The translations under genes and the position numbers were made by a program. Positions 38,590 through 42,544 of a stretch of 42,544 bases of DNA are shown piece after piece (within the stretch, counting starts at the first letter, position 1; each line of letters opens with the position of its first letter). The stretch is from a virus. The notes under the pieces are model-generated. The model made no database searches. It saw only the letters and a list, made by a program, of their open reading frames with translations, and had not been told where the DNA came from. The stretch spans positions 1-42,544 of IMG/VR virus record IMGVR_UViG_3300009678_000029. One strand, given 5' to 3'.

Positions 38590-39164
38590 CGCACCCGCAG
38601 GTTCCGCCGAATCCGATGGAATTCACCCTTCAGGGCGTCGGCCGCCGCCTGGCGCTGCGCCTCCGCCTCCGCATCCAGCGCCTTCGCGTCCACCGTGCCC
38701 GTCCCGATCCCAGCACCGATGAAGACGGGGCTGGCCTCGACGATCGGGAGCCCGGTGATGAGCCGCCGCGCACCTTTCGCCTGCCACTCTTTCGTCATCG
38801 GGGTGGTCTGGACCAGATGCTTCGGCCACGCCACCGACCACTGGTAGTCCTGGCCCATCTCCTTCACGGTGTGAAACGCCTCGCGGCCCAGGTCGGTGCT
38901 CAAGAAGAAGCGCCCGCGGAGGATGCCCTTGTCGCCGTCGATGTGCACGGTGCCCTTCCCGGCAGGGGCTTCTCCGCGCGCCAAGCTGTGCTCGTGGGCG
39001 GAGATTTGCACCGGCGTCCCGTCGGCGAATGCGCCCGGAAGGATCACGTCCCGGTCACGGTCCACCGCGTTGAACACGGCCACAATGGCGGTAACCTCCC
39101 CCTTCTCCGCGTCCTTCACTTCAAACGCCCCGAAGGTTTTCATCTCCAGATCGTCGCGGTTCAT
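38586..39164 (-). CDS. HK97-family prohead protease
   Basis: 192 aa. FGAFEVKDAEKGEVTAIVAVFNAVDRDRDVILPGAF...HEH pattern. Lies between the portal and capsid genes. Confidence 0.9.
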   Translation of the reverse strand: MNRDDLEMKTFGAFEVKDAEKGEVTAIVAVFNAVDRDRDVILPGAFADGTPVQISAHEHSLARGEAPAGKGTVHIDGDKGILRGRFFLSTDLGREAFHTVKEMGQDYQWSVAWPKHLVQTTPMTKEWQAKGARRLITGLPIVEASPVFIGAGIGTGTVDAKALDAEAEAQRQAAADALKGEFHRIRRNLRVR

Positions 39165-40477
39165 GGTGCTCCTCCATTGCCGGTCGCCGCAGGCTCGTCC
39201 TTGGGTGCGATTCGGTTCGGTGGCGCCGGCTCGTTCGGCGGCGTCGGAGCCGGTGCGGTCATCTCGCGCAGATACTTGTCCTGCGACTTGTCCACGGGAT
39301 AGCCGAGTTCCTTCTGGGCCTGTGACACCTTGATGATGTTCCCGGCCACCAGTTTAGTCACGCGATCCGTCTTCTCGCTCTTGGTCTCGTTGATCGCATC
39401 GACGACGGTGGTATCGAACCGCGTGCGAAAGAGCGAGATGTTGTCCTGAAACTCTGGTAGGAGTGACCGGTCCATTTCGTCGGCGCAGATCGCCTGCGGC
39501 GGCTCGATCCCTTGCTCCCACGAGAGCTTCACGACCTCTTTCATCGTCGCGCCGACCTTCGTCTGCTGCAGCCCGGTCCCAAAGCCCACGACCGCCGGCT
39601 GAATACCGAGGGCGGCGCAGACACGCTCCTCCGACACGTCGCGCAGCGGCCCGACGTCGAAGCCCTGGAGATTGTACTGCAGCAGCGACACATCGGTCGG
39701 CGCGGTCAGCACCAGCCCGTTCCCGCGCTTATCTCCCCCGAAGTTCTTCTTCAGGTATTCTTTGGTCTTTTCCGCCACATCCTTGGTGATTATCCCCGCT
39801 TTGGGCGAGAACACCACGCCGATGATGCCCAAATTACGGAGAATCGACGCGGTGAAATTGGCCGCCTGGTCGTCGATGTAGACCTCGCGGAAGATCGACG
39901 CGAGCGGCGAGAACCCCCGCCGCGGATTCTCGGGGTCTTGGCCGAAGCGGAAGTGCACCACGTCCTCAACCGGGTAGTCCACCGGCGCGCCGATGGTCTG
40001 GTATTCGTAGTGGGTGATGAAACTCTTGGGGTCATTCTCGTCCCACTTCGGCGTGATCAGCGCGCGCGGCACCCACCAGAGCTCGGTGAGCTCGCCCAAC
40101 TGGTTCCGCACCTTCAGCCAGAACGCTTCCCCGAAGCAGAAGTCCATGATCGTCGCCATCAGCAGGACGCGACCCCCATAGAAGGGGTTCGGCTTGCGCA
40201 GCAGCTTCGTCATGTCGTGGGCCTGCACGGGGAGCCACTGCTCCTCCGCGAGCCGATCGACGACGACGGGTGCTTCCGGGAAGGCCCGCATCACCCAGCA
40301 GAGCGCCGACGTAATCACCGAGGAGCGGAGCCCATCGTGACCGACTTCGCGCTCGTAGTTGATCTTGCTGCCCGGCAAGGAGAAGTTCCACGTCGCCCCG
40401 CCATAAGGCATGGGGACGAAGGTCAGGCCCTTCTTGCCGAACCGGGCGACCGCCGTGGACTTCGCGCGCTTCTTCAT
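39161..40477 (-). CDS. Portal protein (HK97 family)
   Basis: 438 aa. Follows terL; typical size and order. Confidence 0.9.
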   Translation of the reverse strand: MKKRAKSTAVARFGKKGLTFVPMPYGGATWNFSLPGSKINYEREVGHDGLRSSVITSALCWVMRAFPEAPVVVDRLAEEQWLPVQAHDMTKLLRKPNPFYGGRVLLMATIMDFCFGEAFWLKVRNQLGELTELWWVPRALITPKWDENDPKSFITHYEYQTIGAPVDYPVEDVVHFRFGQDPENPRRGFSPLASIFREVYIDDQAANFTASILRNLGIIGVVFSPKAGIITKDVAEKTKEYLKKNFGGDKRGNGLVLTAPTDVSLLQYNLQGFDVGPLRDVSEERVCAALGIQPAVVGFGTGLQQTKVGATMKEVVKLSWEQGIEPPQAICADEMDRSLLPEFQDNISLFRTRFDTTVVDAINETKSEKTDRVTKLVAGNIIKVSQAQKELGYPVDKSQDKYLREMTAPAPTPPNEPAPPNRIAPKDEPAATGNGGAP

Positions 40478-40707
40478 GCCTCAGCCGGCTCCTTCTCCTG
40501 CACGGCCTCGGCGATCGCCGCCCGGTAATCCGCCAGCCACTGCTCATCCGAGCGCGGCTCTTTGCTCTGATAAACCTCCAGCGCCGCCTGCTGCGCGGCC
40601 ACGAGCCGCTTGCCGCTGTAGGGCGCGAGCAGCTTCTCGAGTGCCGCGGCACGGTCGGGGTTCAGCTTGATCGGCTTCGTTTCCATCGGCAGCTTGCTCA
40701 TCGTCAT
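40474..40707 (-). CDS. Hypothetical protein (77 aa) between terL and portal
   Basis: The internal ATG 40707 of ORF 40474..40986 overlaps the terL stop. Confidence 0.55.
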   Translation of the reverse strand: MTMSKLPMETKPIKLNPDRAAALEKLLAPYSGKRLVAAQQAALEVYQSKEPRSDEQWLADYRAAIAEAVQEKEPAEA

Positions 40708-42272
40708 GCTCCTGAGAGATCGAACGCGCTGAAGTCCCAGGCGCCCGAGGTTTGCCGCACCGCCGTGTCGTAGGCGATGATCGCCGCAATGGCGCAGTCG
40801 ATGTGCCGCGGAGAATCCGGCGACTCCTTCGTCGGCACGAGCCCCCAGCGCGTGCCCTTCGCTACGCAGTGGCCGACGTGCGCCGCCAACACCGTGTCCC
40901 CGTCGTGCGTCAGCCGCTGGTCCTTGATCGCCCCGTAGAGCTGCGCGGCCGCCGGCGCGATCCGCGACTGCGACCGCGTCGGCCACTCAACGACCTCGAT
41001 GCCCTTCTGCTGCAGCGCCTCCAGGTCCATCGCCCAGATGCGCCCGAACGTGTCGTCCGCCGCGAGGATCCGGACGGCGTACTTCCCGATCGCGTCCTCC
41101 ATCGCGCCGAGGACCTCTTCGCGCGGCACCGTCCATTCCTTCACCCCGTCCGGCCGTTCCCACGCGCCCAGCGTGATGAGCCGAGGCACTGCTTCCTCGG
41201 TGCAGCCCATCAGCGACGTCGAGTCGCGGTTGTACGAGCCGTCGAAGCCGAGCACCATCGACGTCCCCGGCGCCACCTCGCCAACACGTTTCGCGGCCTC
41301 CCACATCTCGACCGGGATCCACTGCGTCGGCGCCGCGGACCATTGGTTCAAGTGATACCGACGGAACTCGTGTTCGGGGATCTGCTGATAGCGCGCGACG
41401 ATCCCCTCGAGCGACAGGAAGTCCCCGACCGCTGGATTCGCCTGGCGGATCGCCGCCTCGAGCTGCGTAGGATCGTTCAGGTCCCACTTCTCGTCGGCCT
41501 CGTTCCAGATAAACAGGAACTTGTCGTCCCGCCCCTGGCCAGCCTGCACGCGCTTCCCGTGCAGGTACATCTTGCCGAGCAGTGTGGACTGATCCCAGCC
41601 GGCCGTCGTGATCGCTAGCTCCCAGGCGTCGCGTCGCTTCGCGCGGCCGTTCGACAGCACCAGGTGCACACGCTCCTTCGTGCCCACCCACTCGTGGAGC
41701 TCGTCGGAGACGAAGCACGTCGGCCGCTTCCCGTCGTTCGCGCCGGCGACGGCCGCCACCCGGTACAGCGTCCCCGGCCGGCCCTTGAGCAGGATCTCCG
41801 TATCGAAGACCTCGCAGAGCTCGTTCAGCGTGCCCTCGCGCACCATCGTGCGCGCCGCGCCGAACACGAGATCGGCCTGGTCGAACGACGCCGCCGCGAC
41901 CGGGATGTCGGGCGACGTCCGGGCGGCGCCGATCGGCGTGCCGTCCTGGCGCCAGCCGGCGAAGCACACCGGCCCCGCAAACTCGGCGCAGGCGATCGCC
42001 GCGGCGACCTCGGTCTTCCCCTGGCCCTTGGGTAGCCCCCAGAGCAGGCGATCATAACGCCGGCTCCCGTCCGCGTTGAGCTCGTAGGCTTCGTAGATCA
42101 CGCGCTTCTGCCAGGGCCGCAGCCGGAACGGCTTGCCGTAGTAGTCGCCCTCCGCGTGGACGAGGTTCGCCTCCATCCACCGACAGATCTGCCGCCCGAG
42201 ACTCGGCGGCAGCACCGTCTTCCCGCGGCGCTTAGGCGCGCGGGTCGTCGTCGTCGCTGTCATCGAGGTCAT
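40704..42272 (-). CDS. terL: Terminase large subunit
   Basis: 522 aa. Walker A-like GLPKGQGKT, Walker B FVSDELHEW, C-terminal nuclease region. Preceded by terS. Confidence 0.92.
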   Translation of the reverse strand: MTSMTATTTTRAPKRRGKTVLPPSLGRQICRWMEANLVHAEGDYYGKPFRLRPWQKRVIYEAYELNADGSRRYDRLLWGLPKGQGKTEVAAAIACAEFAGPVCFAGWRQDGTPIGAARTSPDIPVAAASFDQADLVFGAARTMVREGTLNELCEVFDTEILLKGRPGTLYRVAAVAGANDGKRPTCFVSDELHEWVGTKERVHLVLSNGRAKRRDAWELAITTAGWDQSTLLGKMYLHGKRVQAGQGRDDKFLFIWNEADEKWDLNDPTQLEAAIRQANPAVGDFLSLEGIVARYQQIPEHEFRRYHLNQWSAAPTQWIPVEMWEAAKRVGEVAPGTSMVLGFDGSYNRDSTSLMGCTEEAVPRLITLGAWERPDGVKEWTVPREEVLGAMEDAIGKYAVRILAADDTFGRIWAMDLEALQQKGIEVVEWPTRSQSRIAPAAAQLYGAIKDQRLTHDGDTVLAAHVGHCVAKGTRWGLVPTKESPDSPRHIDCAIAAIIAYDTAVRQTSGAWDFSAFDLSGA

Positions 42273-42544
42273 GGTTCAGATCTTCCAGGGACTTCTGCTT
42301 GCCCACCGGGATCCCCATCCGTTGCCGTGACCAGGGGCTGATGCCGAACCGGTCCTCGAGGCGGCGGATCTCTGACTCGAACGCGCGCGCCTGTTTCAGG
42401 ATCGGGTTGATCACCGGCTGCCCCTTCGAGCCCTTCACATACGGGCACTTCCGGTAGGCGCGGTAGGACCGATCGCGCTCGTCGTACAGTCGGAACAGGT
42501 GGCGCAATGTCGGCATGTCCACCGTCTCGATGAACCACGCCATC
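42232..42544 (-). CDS. terS: Terminase small subunit (P27-like), C-terminal part; the N-terminus lies at 124-284 across the circular junction
   Basis: ...GQPVINPILKQARAFESEIRRLEDRFGISPWSRQRMG... is typical of P27-family small terminases. The ORF is open at the window edge. Confidence 0.8.
   Translation of the reverse strand, partial: MAWFIETVDMPTLRHLFRLYDERDRSYRAYRKCPYVKGSKGQPVINPILKQARAFESEIRRLEDRFGISPWSRQRMGIPVGKQKSLEDLNHDLDDSDDDDPRA
42422..42544. repeat. Terminal direct repeat, copy 2 (identical to 1-123)
   Basis: Direct comparison of both window ends. Confidence 0.95.

Overview
High-GC (~65%) temperate tailed-phage genome of about 42.4 kb, assembled as a circle: the first and last 123 bp are identical, and the junction splits the small-terminase gene. 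Nearly all genes are on the minus strand, in long operons with 1-4 nt start/stop overlaps (ATGA, GTGA, TAATG). Minus-strand order: HNH endonuclease, terS (P27-like), terL, portal, HK97-type prohead protease, major capsid, four neck proteins, two paralogous tail-tube genes, tail chaperone with a -1 frameshift site, tape measure, then distal-tail, tip and fibre proteins. Next come a plus-strand two-gene moron (secreted DUF4177-like protein + lipoprotein), a lysis cassette, and a plus-strand XRE-type repressor facing a long early operon. That operon encodes an RHH protein, YqaJ exonuclease + annealing protein, DnaQ-like exonuclease, a ParB-like protein, a replication organiser with iteron-like repeats, a wHTH protein, an excisionase and a tyrosine integrase. 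Main observations: (1) attP (3' half of tRNA-Arg-ACG flanked by TGTCCCCC arm repeats) lies inside the 3' end of the int ORF. (2) int is translationally coupled to an uncharacterised cassette: FtsK/HerA-type ATPase with two wHTH repeats, a small PD-(D/E)XK-like nuclease and a zinc-ribbon protein. (3) A ~100-nt leader (TATATT box + CTAGGTCG box + hairpin terminator) is duplicated in front of both late transcription units. (4) There are two reading-frame anomalies, a 22-aa tandem-repeat protein and several small zinc-ribbon ORFs. No rRNA, complete tRNA or CRISPR array was seen. All functional calls rest on motifs I could read by eye and on gene order; no database search was run.
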